DNA of 64,000 bases from an uncultured Dehalococcoidia bacterium. Its GTDB lineage: Bacteria; Chloroflexota; Dehalococcoidia; Lucifugimonadales; UBA1127. The position numbers and the translations under genes were made by a program. Positions 35,340 through 44,650 of the stretch are shown here, piece after piece. The stretch's first letter is position 1; every line of letters begins with the position of its first letter. The notes under the pieces were generated by a model. That model worked only from the letters and a program-made list of their open reading frames with translations, ran no database searches and had not been told where the DNA came from. The DNA is taken from assembly GCA_964436745.1 (NCBI GenBank), contig CAYTEC010000003.1:5879-69878 (forward strand), read 5' to 3'.

Positions 35340-35715
35340 CGTAATCCTCCCTGGCGCGTGGAACCACCCATCGACACAAGCACCGTATCACGCCCGCGAG
35401 ACCGGTGTCAAGAGTATTCTACATCATTGTTCAATATGGTTCCAGCGTCGTATAAGACTTGTTCAGAACACCTCTCCGTGGCATTCCCACTGCATTGTCG
35501 AACCGTCCTCAACGCAGCGCTCGCCGCCACGACACAGCCACGTCTCAATCTCCTCTCAGTCCATGGTTCGCGCATTCCCCCAGCGGCTCCCACTCCTTCC
35601 CCGCCGCAGACGCACGGTTACGGGCGCAGCACAGACCCTCGCGGCCTCGGTCCGCTCTGTGCGGTCCTGACGGAGCCGAGTCCGTCACCACCCCCTGATA
35701 TTCCACTCGCGCTCG

Positions 35716-35744
35716 TGGACACCGCCGTGGGGCGAACCTATAAT
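35716..35744 (+). promoter_or_regulatory. near-consensus promoter of the acpS-nnr(-coaX-coaBC) operon
   Basis: TGGACA (35716-35721), a 17-nt spacer, then TATAAT (35739-35744). The predicted start at about 35751 leaves a leader of about 135 nt before the ATG at 35886. Confidence 0.5.
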
Positions 35745-35885
35745 GGGCCTGCACGCCCGGACGCGCGCGCGAGATCGCTACAGAGTTCGTGGGAAAGGCC
35801 GTCGGCCGTGCCCGTCCGCTCCGGTGGGCGACGCGAATCCGAGCCGTGTGACACAACCCTGAGGCATTACGGGACCGTCACAGTC

Positions 35886-36254
35886 ATGCAGAGAGTCGGC
35901 GTGGACATCATCGAAATCGGGCGGATCCGGGCGACCGCCGAGCGCTGGGGAGTACGGTTCCTCAACCGCATCTACACGCCCACGGAGCTCGCGTACGCCC
36001 GCGGGCGCGCCCCCCAGCTTGCCGCCCGATTTGCCTCCAAGGAGGCTGTCATGAAGCTGCTTGGCACGGGTATCCGAGGGGTGGCCTGGCGGGAGATCGA
36101 GGTGGTTCGGCAGCGCAGCGGCGCACCGGCGGTGGCACTGCACGGGCGCGCGCTCCAGCGCGCGCGCAGGCTCGGCCTCGGTGAAGTGTCGCTGTCCATC
36201 TCGCACTCACGCGAGTACGCCGTGGCGTTCGCGGTCGGCCAGGCGGACCGATGA
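35886..36254 (+). CDS. acpS: holo-[acyl-carrier-protein] synthase
   Basis: MQRVGVDIIEIGRI, RFASKEAVMKLLGTG and LSISHSREYAVAFAV are present. It is the internal start of ORF 35070..36254. Confidence 0.9.
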   Translation: MQRVGVDIIEIGRIRATAERWGVRFLNRIYTPTELAYARGRAPQLAARFASKEAVMKLLGTGIRGVAWREIEVVRQRSGAPAVALHGRALQRARRLGLGEVSLSISHSREYAVAFAVGQADR

Positions 36255-37840
36255 AGCTCGTCACGGTCGACGAGATGCGGGAGCTGGAACGCCTCTCCGA
36301 AGCGGAGGGCGTCTCCAACGAAGCCCTAATGGACGCTGCCGGTCTCGCCACCGCACGGACGGCCTGGAGCGCGCTGGAGCACCTCGACCAGACCCCGACC
36401 GTGGTCGCGCTCATTGGCGCCGGCAATAACGGAGGCGACGGCCTCGTGGCCGCTCGCCTCCTGCGGGGGTGGGGCGCCTCCGTCACGGCTTACCTCTGCG
36501 CTCGCCGCGCACCCGACGATCGGCTGGTCGCCGGGTGCCGAGAGTCCGGGGTCCAGATCGAGACCGCCGGGGACGCGCAGGACCTCACCGGCCTCAGAGC
36601 GCTCCTCTCCGCTGCCGATCTCGCTCTGGACGCCGTGCTGGGCACGGGCAGGAGCCGCCCCATCGAGGGCAGCCTTGCCGCCATTATCGCGGCTCTCAAC
36701 GATGAGCGGCTGGCACGGGATTCCCTCTGTGTGCTGGCCCTGGACATCCCCAGCGGGGCCGACGCCGACTCAGGCGCCTGTGACGTGTCGGGAGTCGTCG
36801 CTGACGTCACAGTGACATTCGCCTGTCCGAAGGTCGGGCTTCTCCGGTCCCCTGCCTGGAGCCGCGCGGGCCGGCTGGTGGTTGCGGACATCGGAATCTC
36901 GCCTCGCCTGCTCGCGCCCATCGCCACCGAAGTGACGACCGCGCGGTGGGCGCGCGACAATCTCCCCGTCCGGCCCCGCGATGCGCACAAGGGCACCTTC
37001 GGCCGAGTGATGGTGCTGGCGGGCTCCCGCAACTACGTGGGAGCCGCGTACCTCGCATGCGTGGGCGCGGCCCGCTCTGGGGCCGGCTACGTTACCCTAG
37101 CCGTCCTGCCCGGCCTCCAGGCCATCCTCGCCACCAAGCTCACAGAGGCCACGTACCTGCTGCTTCCCGAGGCGCCGGAGGGCAGCCCCACCCCCCGCGC
37201 GGCCGGCGCACTCCGCGACGGCCTCCAGCGCTGCAACGTCCTCCTGGCGGGGTGCGGGCTCGGACAGCACTCCGCGGTAGGCGCCCTGGTCCACGACCTG
37301 CTGATCACCGGCCCGCCCATCGAGACGCCTATCGTTCTGGACGCGGACGGGCTCACGCTGCTCGCGGCGACGCCGGACTGGTGGGAGCGACTCGCGCCGT
37401 CCACCGTGCTGACGCCGCACCCCGGGGAGATGGCTCGGCTCCTCGACGTGAGCATCGAAGAGGTGGAAGCGGACCGGACCGCCACCGCCCGTGCCTCGGC
37501 CGCCCGCTGGGGTGTAACCGTCCTTCTCAAAGGGGCGTACACGGTCGTGGCCTCGCCGGAGGGCCAAGCAAGAATCATCCCCTTCGCCAACCCAGCCCTC
37601 GCGACCGCCGGGACCGGCGACGTCCTCGCGGGGGTCGTTGCGGGGCTGGTCGCCCAGGGGATGCAGCCCTTCGATGCCGCCACGCTGGGGGCGTTCCTCC
37701 ATGCCGCCGCGGCTGAAATCGTCGTCCAGGATCTGGGCGACGCGGGGGTCGTGGCGAGCGACCTGCTGCCCGCACTCCCAGCCGCGATCAGGGCGATCCG
37801 AGAGGGCCGTTTCACCGGGGGGCCGCAAGAGCTGGCCTAG
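36251..37840 (+). CDS. nnr: bifunctional NAD(P)H-hydrate repair enzyme Nnr (epimerase + ADP-dependent dehydratase)
   Basis: The N-terminal YjeF domain has VVALIGAGNNGGDGLVAARLL. The C-terminal carbohydrate-kinase-like domain has HKGTFGRVMVLAGS and ATAGTGDVLAG. The ATGA overlaps acpS. Confidence 0.9.
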   Translation: MKLVTVDEMRELERLSEAEGVSNEALMDAAGLATARTAWSALEHLDQTPTVVALIGAGNNGGDGLVAARLLRGWGASVTAYLCARRAPDDRLVAGCRESGVQIETAGDAQDLTGLRALLSAADLALDAVLGTGRSRPIEGSLAAIIAALNDERLARDSLCVLALDIPSGADADSGACDVSGVVADVTVTFACPKVGLLRSPAWSRAGRLVVADIGISPRLLAPIATEVTTARWARDNLPVRPRDAHKGTFGRVMVLAGSRNYVGAAYLACVGAARSGAGYVTLAVLPGLQAILATKLTEATYLLLPEAPEGSPTPRAAGALRDGLQRCNVLLAGCGLGQHSAVGALVHDLLITGPPIETPIVLDADGLTLLAATPDWWERLAPSTVLTPHPGEMARLLDVSIEEVEADRTATARASAARWGVTVLLKGAYTVVASPEGQARIIPFANPALATAGTGDVLAGVVAGLVAQGMQPFDAATLGAFLHAAAAEIVVQDLGDAGVVASDLLPALPAAIRAIREGRFTGGPQELA

Positions 37841-37866
37841 CCCCAATCACCGGCGCGGACGGCTCG

Positions 37867-37896
37867 TTGTACCGCTGCCACGGCGTCAGCTATAAT
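37867..37896 (+). promoter_or_regulatory. putative internal promoter in front of coaX
   Basis: TTGTAC (37867-37872), an 18-nt spacer, then TATAAT (37891-37896). GGAG follows at 37903-37906, and the ATG is at 37915. Confidence 0.4.
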
Positions 37897-37914
37897 GCTT
37901 GCGGAGTCCACACA

Positions 37915-38679
37915 ATGCTGCTCACCGCTGACATCGGCAATACGAACATCACCCTCGGGGCCTTCGACGGCGAGGCCCTGCTCGCCTCGTGGCGGCTCTC
38001 CACCGATGCCCGCCGGCAGCCCGACGAGTATGCGGCTATCCTTCGAGCCATTCTGCCGATGCGGAACGTCACCCCGGAAGCCATCGACTCCGCGATCATC
38101 TGCAGCGTCGTGCCCCCGCTCACGGCAGTGTTCGAGGACGTGTGCAAGAGCGGCTTCGGCGTGACGCCGCTCGTCGTCGGAACGGGCATCAGGACGGGGG
38201 TCCGCATCCTCTACGACAGCCCCCGGGACGTGGGCGCGGACCGCATCGTGGACGCGGCCGCCGCCTATCGACTCTACGGAGGTCCGGTCATCGTCGTGGA
38301 CTTCGGCACCGCCACGGTCTTCGACGCCGTCACCGGCGAGGGCGAATACCTGGGGGGCGCGCTGTTCCCCGGCATCAATGTGGCCGCCGAGGCCCTGTTT
38401 CTAGGCACGTCCCAGCTCCGGCGCGTGGAGTTGTCGCCGCCCCGAACGGCGATAGGCCGCAACACGGTCGCCGCCCTCCAATCGGGCCTCGTGTTCGGCC
38501 ACGTGGCGATGGTCGAGGGCATGGTCAAGCGCTTCAAGGATGAGCTGTCCCCGGGCGCCAAGGTCATCGCCACCGGGGGGCTCGCCCCCCTCATCGCCAC
38601 GGAAACGCAGGTCTTTCACGCAGTCAACCCGGACCTAACGCTGGTGGGCTTGCGGATGATACACGAGATGAACCAGTAG
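37915..38679 (+). CDS. coaX: type III pantothenate kinase
   Basis: MLLTADIGNTNITLG, VVDFGTATVFD and IATGGLA are present. I chose the internal ATG at 37915. Confidence 0.9.
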   Translation: MLLTADIGNTNITLGAFDGEALLASWRLSTDARRQPDEYAAILRAILPMRNVTPEAIDSAIICSVVPPLTAVFEDVCKSGFGVTPLVVGTGIRTGVRILYDSPRDVGADRIVDAAAAYRLYGGPVIVVDFGTATVFDAVTGEGEYLGGALFPGINVAAEALFLGTSQLRRVELSPPRTAIGRNTVAALQSGLVFGHVAMVEGMVKRFKDELSPGAKVIATGGLAPLIATETQVFHAVNPDLTLVGLRMIHEMNQ

Positions 38680-38736
38680 CAGGGCCACGAGGCTCATGCG
38701 GCGGACGGTCGGCGCGGAGGCCAGGGGAGGGGCGAG

Positions 38737-39969
38737 ATGGCAGACCTGCTGAGCGGCAAGAAGGTGCTGCTGGGCGTGACCGGCAGCATTGCGTGCTACA
38801 AGGCCGTAGACCTGGCCAGCAAGCTGACCCAGGCCGGGGCGCAGGTGGACGTGGTTCTCACTGAGTCCGCCGCCCGCTTCGTGACCCCGCTCACGTTCCG
38901 TGCCATCACCCACCGTCCGGTTGTCACCGACCTCTTCGCCCCGGAGTCCGAGCACGCCATCGAGCACGTCGCCCTGGCCGTGGGCGCAGACATCCTGGTC
39001 GTCGCCCCCGCAACCGCCCATACCATCGCCCGCCTGGCGATGGGCCTGGCCGACGACAGTCTGGGCGCAATCGCCCTGGCGACCACGGCCCCACTTCTGG
39101 TGGCGCCCGCGATGGACGCCAACATGTACGACCACCCCTCCGTCCGTGACCACTTGGACACGCTGCGCCGGCGCGGCGCGCACATTGCCGGGCCTGAAGC
39201 GGGCCGGCTCGCGTCCGGCCTCACCGGCATGGGGCGGATGCAGGCCCCCGAAACCCTGGTGGGCCAGATCAAGTGGGTCCTCGGCCGGAAGGGGGATTTG
39301 GTGGGCCGCAAGGTCGTGGTGAGCGCCGGAGGCACGCAAGAGCCCATGGACCCGGTGCGCATGATCACCAACCGCTCGTCGGGCAAGATGGGGTACGCGA
39401 TCGCGGAGGCCGCTCGGGACCGGGGCGCCGAAGTGGTGCTGGTCACGGCCGCCAGCCTCCCGAACCCGGTCGGGATCGAGTGCTGCCATGTGGCCACGGT
39501 TGCCGATATGCGCGAGGCGGTCTTGGAGGCGTGCGTGGGAGCGGACGCACTCATCATGGCTGCGGCGGTCAGCGACTACCGCCCGGCCGAGGTTGGCACA
39601 AGCAAGATGAAGAAGCAGAACCAGGACGGCGGCGGCATGGTCCTCCACCTGGTGAAGAACGCGGACTTCTTCCTGGAAGTGCCGGAAGGTGTCATGCGCA
39701 TCGGGTTCGCCGCCGAGACCGAAGACCTGCTCGCGAACGCCCGCGTGAAGCTGGCGTCAAAAGACTTGGCCTTCATCGCCGCCAACGACGTGACCGCCCC
39801 CGACAGCGGCTTCAATGTGGACACGAATCGCGTGACCATCCTGGATCGGGACGGCGGAATGGACGAGCTGCCCCTTCTCTCCAAGTACGATGTGGGCGTC
39901 CGGATCCTGGACCGGATGGAGGCCCTTTTGCTGAAGAGGGGCAAGGGCGTGGGCGCGGGGGCGCGGTAA
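38737..39969 (+). CDS. coaBC: bifunctional phosphopantothenoylcysteine decarboxylase / phosphopantothenate--cysteine ligase
   Basis: KKVLLGVTGSIACYKAVDL, VAPAMDANMY, ITNRSSGKMG and AAVSDYRP are present. 410 aa. Confidence 0.95.
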   Translation: MADLLSGKKVLLGVTGSIACYKAVDLASKLTQAGAQVDVVLTESAARFVTPLTFRAITHRPVVTDLFAPESEHAIEHVALAVGADILVVAPATAHTIARLAMGLADDSLGAIALATTAPLLVAPAMDANMYDHPSVRDHLDTLRRRGAHIAGPEAGRLASGLTGMGRMQAPETLVGQIKWVLGRKGDLVGRKVVVSAGGTQEPMDPVRMITNRSSGKMGYAIAEAARDRGAEVVLVTAASLPNPVGIECCHVATVADMREAVLEACVGADALIMAAAVSDYRPAEVGTSKMKKQNQDGGGMVLHLVKNADFFLEVPEGVMRIGFAAETEDLLANARVKLASKDLAFIAANDVTAPDSGFNVDTNRVTILDRDGGMDELPLLSKYDVGVRILDRMEALLLKRGKGVGAGAR

Positions 39970-40177
39970 GGAATGCGCGGGAGCGCGGCGAGCGGCCAGC
40001 TCGTCCGTCCCAAGGTTGCCAAGCCACGGACGCCCGACCGGCGCGGCTCCCCGTGCGGACACTCCACAGCGGAGCGCGGAGAGAAGACAATCAAGAACGT
40101 GACCCGCCGCCCCTAGCGTCGCGACCGCTGCCGTCTCCTGCGCAGGAGATGCCGTCTCCCTCGCAAGGAGCTACCGC

Positions 40178-41086
40178 ATGTCTTGGATCCTCATTGCGCT
40201 GGGCAGTGCTGCGGCTTCCGGCGTCGTCAGCATCTTCGACAAGACGGTGATCCACCGTTACCTCGACTCACCTCTGAGCCTACCGTTGCTCATCGGCCTC
40301 ATCCAGACGACCATGGGCCTGCTACTCGTGGTCGCCATGCCGTGGCCGGAGGCCACCACCCTTCGCGCCGTGGCTTGGGGGCTGGGCTCCGGTGCACTGT
40401 GGGGGATCAGCGCCGCTCTACTCCTTCGAGTGCTGTACTCGCGGGAAGTCTCGCGGACCATCCCTGTCTACAGCACGTTCCCCATCTTTGCGGCCCTGAT
40501 GGCCGTGCTGTTCCTGGGTGAGGATCTGACCCTGTACCTCTGGGCAGCCATCGTTGTCACGGTCTCGGGCGCGATCCTCCTCTCCGTCGGCTTCGAAGGA
40601 AGATACGGCGGGCTGGTGCTGCATCGCTCCTTCTTCGCCCTCATGCTGGCGAGCGCCGTCGCCGGGGCCGCGATGGTGGCGGCGAAGGTGCCTCTAGAGA
40701 CTCTCCCACTCCTCAACACACACGGACTCCGCAACCTAGCCCTCGGCGGGGTTCTTCTGGCGACGTCCCTGCGCCCAGCGGCGATCGCAGAGCTAAAGCG
40801 CCTGGTCCGACAACGCAGCCCGGCCCTGGGGTTCGTAGCCCTGAACGAGATGGTCCTCGGACAGTTCTCCATGTTCATGACTGTCTGGGCCCTCTCTCTG
40901 GGCCCGGCGTCACTCGTGACGACGCTCATTGGCACACGGTCGTTCTTCCTGGTGCTCTACAGCACCGGGCTCGCGATGGTGTTCCGCGGGTTTCTCGGGG
41001 AAGAGACCGCGCCGCGGGTGGTGGCGGTCAAGCTCGGCTCAAGCGCGCTCATTGTTGCGGGCGTCGCTGCGATCGGCATCTCGTAG
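40178..41086 (+). CDS. EamA/DMT family transporter
   Basis: 302 aa with 10 TM segments in two EamA-like halves. A 16-bp palindrome TCTCCTGCGCAGGAGA (40134-40149) and a direct repeat GCCGTCTCC x2 lie just upstream. Confidence 0.8.
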   Translation: MSWILIALGSAAASGVVSIFDKTVIHRYLDSPLSLPLLIGLIQTTMGLLLVVAMPWPEATTLRAVAWGLGSGALWGISAALLLRVLYSREVSRTIPVYSTFPIFAALMAVLFLGEDLTLYLWAAIVVTVSGAILLSVGFEGRYGGLVLHRSFFALMLASAVAGAAMVAAKVPLETLPLLNTHGLRNLALGGVLLATSLRPAAIAELKRLVRQRSPALGFVALNEMVLGQFSMFMTVWALSLGPASLVTTLIGTRSFFLVLYSTGLAMVFRGFLGEETAPRVVAVKLGSSALIVAGVAAIGIS

Positions 41087-41128
41087 CGCGCGCACGCCCG
41101 CCAGCTACTACGAGGCTAGCCCGGTGAA

Positions 41129-41330
41129 GTGCTCACAATTCTCCGCTGCAAGCCACTAGTTGGGATCGATCTCTCTCCCGGGATGCTGAGTATCGCCGAA
41201 CAGAAGGGCACGTACTCACAGCTGAGCCAGATGAGGCTGGGTGAGCAGTTGAACCTTCCAGCAGATGAGCTCGATGCGGTCGTGTCCGCGGGAGTCTTCT
41301 TGGTCGGCAACGCCCCCGCCTCCGCCATTC
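41129..41330 (+). pseudogene. remnant of a class I SAM-dependent methyltransferase (N-terminally truncated, C-terminally degraded)
   Basis: LVGIDLSPGMLSIAEQKGTYSQLSQMRLGEQLNLPADELDAVVSAGVFLVGN matches post-motif-I to motif-III blocks. The GxGxG SAM-binding motif I is missing. The reading frame dissolves near a palindromic element at 41349-41379 and runs into valS. Confidence 0.45.
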
Positions 41331-41348
41331 GGCGGGCCGCCTCGCGCC

Positions 41349-41379
41349 CCCCAGCCCGGGTGCAGGGCGCGCCCTGCCC
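41349..41379. repeat. solo copy of the palindromic module of the 61.3-61.6 kb repeat
   Basis: CCCCAGcccGGGTGCAGGGCGCGCCCTGCCC compares with CCCCAGactGGGTGCAGGGCGCGCCCTGCCC at 61541-61571. The core GCAGGGCGCGCCCTGC is a perfect 16-bp palindrome. Confidence 0.6.
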
Positions 41380-41460
41380 ACTTCCGCCACGGAATGCGCC
41401 TGTGTACAATGAGGGCCGTGCGCTTTTCGGCTCACCAATCCACGCGCGACGGGTGGTGGC

Positions 41461-44130
41461 ATGGCGACTCCCGAGGCCCAGGAACTTCCCTCTGCGTATG
41501 ATCCCAAACAGGTCGAGCAGCGGATCTATCGCCGCTGGCTCGACGGCGGCTACTTCACCCCCAAGGTAGACCGCTCCAAGAAGCCTTTCGTCATCATCCA
41601 GCCGCCGCCCAACGTGACCGGCGAGTTGCACTTGGGCCACGCCCAGCGGTCAACAGTGGAGGACACCCTGATCCGCTGGCACCGTATGCTCGGGGAACCC
41701 ACCCTCTGGCTCCCTGGGGTTGACCACGCAGGAATCGCCACCCAATTCGTTGTCGAGCGGGAGCTGGCTGCGGAGGGCCTCACCAGGCACGACATAGGAC
41801 GCGAGCGCTTCGTGGAGCGGGTGTGGGACTGGGTCGCGCGGTACCGCAACCACATCGGCGAGCAGCACCAGCGTCTAGGGGTGTCTTGCGACTGGACCCG
41901 TGACCAGTTCACCCTGGACCCTGGCCCCAGCCGCGCCGTGCGCCACACCTTCGTCAATCTCTACCGCAAGGGGCTCATCTATCAGGGAGAGCGGATCATC
42001 AACTGGTGCGCCCGCTGCACCACGGCCCTCTCCGACTTGGAGGTAAATCACCACGAGGTGGACGGAAACCTCTACTACATCCACTACCCGCTCGCCGACG
42101 GCGACGGCCACGTGACGGTCGCCACCACCCGCCCCGAAACGCTCCTGGGCGACACGGCCGTGGCAGTGAACCCGGAGGACCCTCGTTTCCGTGGTCTGAT
42201 CGGCCGGAATGTCGTGCTCCCCGTGCTCGACCGGCAGATTCCCGTCGTGGGCGATGGTGCCGTGGACCTAGCATTCGGCACCGGGGCGCTCAAGGTGACC
42301 CCCGGCCACGATCCGACGGACTTTGACCTGGGCGCACGCCACGATCTGCCAATCATCAGCACCATGAACCTGGACGGCACCATGAACGCCGAGGCTGGCC
42401 CCTACGAGGGCATGGACCGGATGGCGGTCCGGGAGGCTATCGTCGCGGACCTGGAGTCGAGAGGCCTGCTTGAGCGCATCGAGCCCTACAGGCACGCGGT
42501 CGGCCACTGCGAGCGTTGCGACCAAGTGGTGGAGCCCCTGGTCAGCAAGCAGTGGTTCGTCGACGTAGCGCCCCTGGCTCGGCCCGCGTTGGAAGCCGTC
42601 CGCAGCGGCGCCGTCCGCATCATCCCGGACCGGTTTACCCGCGTGTACGAGAACTGGATGGAGAACATCCGGGACTGGTGCATCAGCCGCCAGCTCTGGT
42701 GGGGACATCGCATCCCCGTTTGGCACTGCGCCGACTGCGGCGGCAAGACCGTCGAGTACGAGGACCCCACCGAATGCTCATCGTGCGGCTCGTCCGCCCT
42801 CCAGCAGGACCCGGACGTGCTCGACACCTGGTTCAGCTCCGGCCTCTGGCCCCACTCCACCTTGGGCTGGCCCGACGACACCGAGGACCTTAGCTACTTC
42901 TACCCCACGGCGGTCATGGAGACCGCCTACGAGATCCTGTTCTTCTGGGTCGCCCGCATGATCATGATGGGGTTGGAGAACATGGGCCAGGTCCCGTTCC
43001 ACACCGTGTTCCTAGGCGGACTGGTGCGAGACGAGCAGGGCCTGAAGATGAGCAAGACCCGCGGCAATGTGATCGACCCACTAGAGACCATCGATGCATA
43101 TGGCTGCGACGCCCTGCGCTTTGCCCTAACGGCAGGGATGGCCCCCGGGACCGATTCACGGCTCCGCATCGCCCGCCTTGAAACCGGCCGCAACTTTGCC
43201 AACAAGATATGGAACGCCTCGCGGTTCGTAATGCGGTCGCTCGATGACGCGCCCGCGGTCGCGGGCTGGGCCGCGCCGACCCCCGAGAACCTGGCGGACC
43301 GATGGATCCTCAGCCGGCTCAACCGGCTTGTCACCCGCGTCAAGCGCATGATGGAGGACTTCCAGCTGGGCGAGGCGGAGCAGACCATCTACGACTTCCT
43401 GTGGGACGAATACTGCGATTGGTTCATTGAGGCGTCCAAAGTCCGCCTCCGCGGAGGCGCCGGCCCGTCCCCGCTGCCGGTTCTGGCCCACGTCCTGGAA
43501 AAGACCCTACGCCTGCTCCACCCGTTCATGCCCTTCGTCACGGAGGAGGTGTGGACCAACCTGGTCGGCCGGCTGCCGCGAGAGATGGAGCTTCCGGAAT
43601 CCATCATGATCGCCCCGTACCCCGTCGCCGACCCCTCTCTGATCGACGACGACGTGGAGGCCCGTTTCACTACCGTGATGGAGTTGGTGCGGACGGTTCG
43701 CAACGCCCGCGCCGAGTTTCGTATCGCGCCGACCCAGGCCCTGGAGGTCGTGGTGGACCCGGGCGAGCGGCGCGCCGACCTGGAGGCGGAGACGCCGGCC
43801 ATCCGCGCCCTGGCCAGGGTATCGGAGCTGCGGCTGCTGGCTGACGGCGAAAGCCTCCCGACCCACGGTGCTGTGACGACGGTGGTGGGCGCGGTGCCGG
43901 TGGCGATCCCGATGGAGGGGCTGGTGAACCTGGCGGCGGAGCGGGAGCGCCTGACCCGCGAGCGCGATGAGGCCGATGGCGCGATGTCGAAGCTTGGGAG
44001 CAGGCTGGCAGACCAGCAGTTCCTCAGCAAGGCGCCGGAGGCGGTCGTGGAACGCGAGCGGGACCGGCTGACGGCCCTGGGGGAACGCCGGGCGAGGCTG
44101 GAGGAGCTCCTGGGCCAGCTCGCTGAGTAG
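41461..44130 (+). CDS. valS: valine--tRNA ligase
   Basis: PPPNVTGELHLGHA (HIGH motif), KMSKTRGN (KMSKS motif) and a C-terminal coiled coil are present. 889 aa. Confidence 0.95.
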   Translation: MATPEAQELPSAYDPKQVEQRIYRRWLDGGYFTPKVDRSKKPFVIIQPPPNVTGELHLGHAQRSTVEDTLIRWHRMLGEPTLWLPGVDHAGIATQFVVERELAAEGLTRHDIGRERFVERVWDWVARYRNHIGEQHQRLGVSCDWTRDQFTLDPGPSRAVRHTFVNLYRKGLIYQGERIINWCARCTTALSDLEVNHHEVDGNLYYIHYPLADGDGHVTVATTRPETLLGDTAVAVNPEDPRFRGLIGRNVVLPVLDRQIPVVGDGAVDLAFGTGALKVTPGHDPTDFDLGARHDLPIISTMNLDGTMNAEAGPYEGMDRMAVREAIVADLESRGLLERIEPYRHAVGHCERCDQVVEPLVSKQWFVDVAPLARPALEAVRSGAVRIIPDRFTRVYENWMENIRDWCISRQLWWGHRIPVWHCADCGGKTVEYEDPTECSSCGSSALQQDPDVLDTWFSSGLWPHSTLGWPDDTEDLSYFYPTAVMETAYEILFFWVARMIMMGLENMGQVPFHTVFLGGLVRDEQGLKMSKTRGNVIDPLETIDAYGCDALRFALTAGMAPGTDSRLRIARLETGRNFANKIWNASRFVMRSLDDAPAVAGWAAPTPENLADRWILSRLNRLVTRVKRMMEDFQLGEAEQTIYDFLWDEYCDWFIEASKVRLRGGAGPSPLPVLAHVLEKTLRLLHPFMPFVTEEVWTNLVGRLPREMELPESIMIAPYPVADPSLIDDDVEARFTTVMELVRTVRNARAEFRIAPTQALEVVVDPGERRADLEAETPAIRALARVSELRLLADGESLPTHGAVTTVVGAVPVAIPMEGLVNLAAERERLTRERDEADGAMSKLGSRLADQQFLSKAPEAVVERERDRLTALGERRARLEELLGQLAE

Positions 44131-44132
44131 GG

Positions 44133-44152
44133 GCGGGCGGAGCCGCCCGCCA
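44133..44152. terminator. GC hairpin between convergent valS and the lipoprotein gene
   Basis: GGCGGGCGG-ag-CCGCCCGCC lies immediately after the valS stop. There is no U-tract. Confidence 0.3.
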
Positions 44153-44164
44153 CGCCCTTCGCCC

Positions 44165-44650
44165 CTAGTTGTTCCGGTACTCCACCACGATCCGTTGGCC
44201 CTCCTCGAACGTCAGCTGGTCCATGTCGCCACTGAACCGCTGGCCGTTGAGAGAGATCCCCACCACCGGCACTCCCTGGTACGGGTTTTCGTCGCCCCAT
44301 ATCGTGAAGAGGTCCTCCAGAGTGTGGGACCGCCCATCCGGCGATTCAATGTGGACCACCGATGTCTCGTCATGGGTGTGCAGAGGTCGCATGCACTCCT
44401 GGGTGATCCCGAGGTTGGCCGGGAGACTCGCCGGTTGGCCGTTGAACACGGGGATCACGAGCGCGTGGATGTGAGTGCTGACGGTCTCATGCTGGACGCA
44501 TTGGGTCAGCACATCGCCGCCACTGTCGCCGCTGCCACAGGCCGCCGCCACCAGCGATAGGGCCAGCAAGACCGAGGCCACGGGCCACCGAAGTCCACGC
44601 CTCAACCCGCGCTGTCGTCCGATGCCTGCCGACTCGCCGCGCCTTACCAT
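44165..44650 (-). CDS. lipoprotein of unknown function
   Basis: A signal peptide ends in the lipobox LVAAAC. The mature part carries CVQHETVSTHIHALV...CMRPLHTHDETSVVHIE (His/Cys-rich, possible metal site). It overlaps the upstream gene by 7 nt. Confidence 0.7.
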   Translation of the reverse strand: MVRRGESAGIGRQRGLRRGLRWPVASVLLALSLVAAACGSGDSGGDVLTQCVQHETVSTHIHALVIPVFNGQPASLPANLGITQECMRPLHTHDETSVVHIESPDGRSHTLEDLFTIWGDENPYQGVPVVGISLNGQRFSGDMDQLTFEEGQRIVVEYRNN

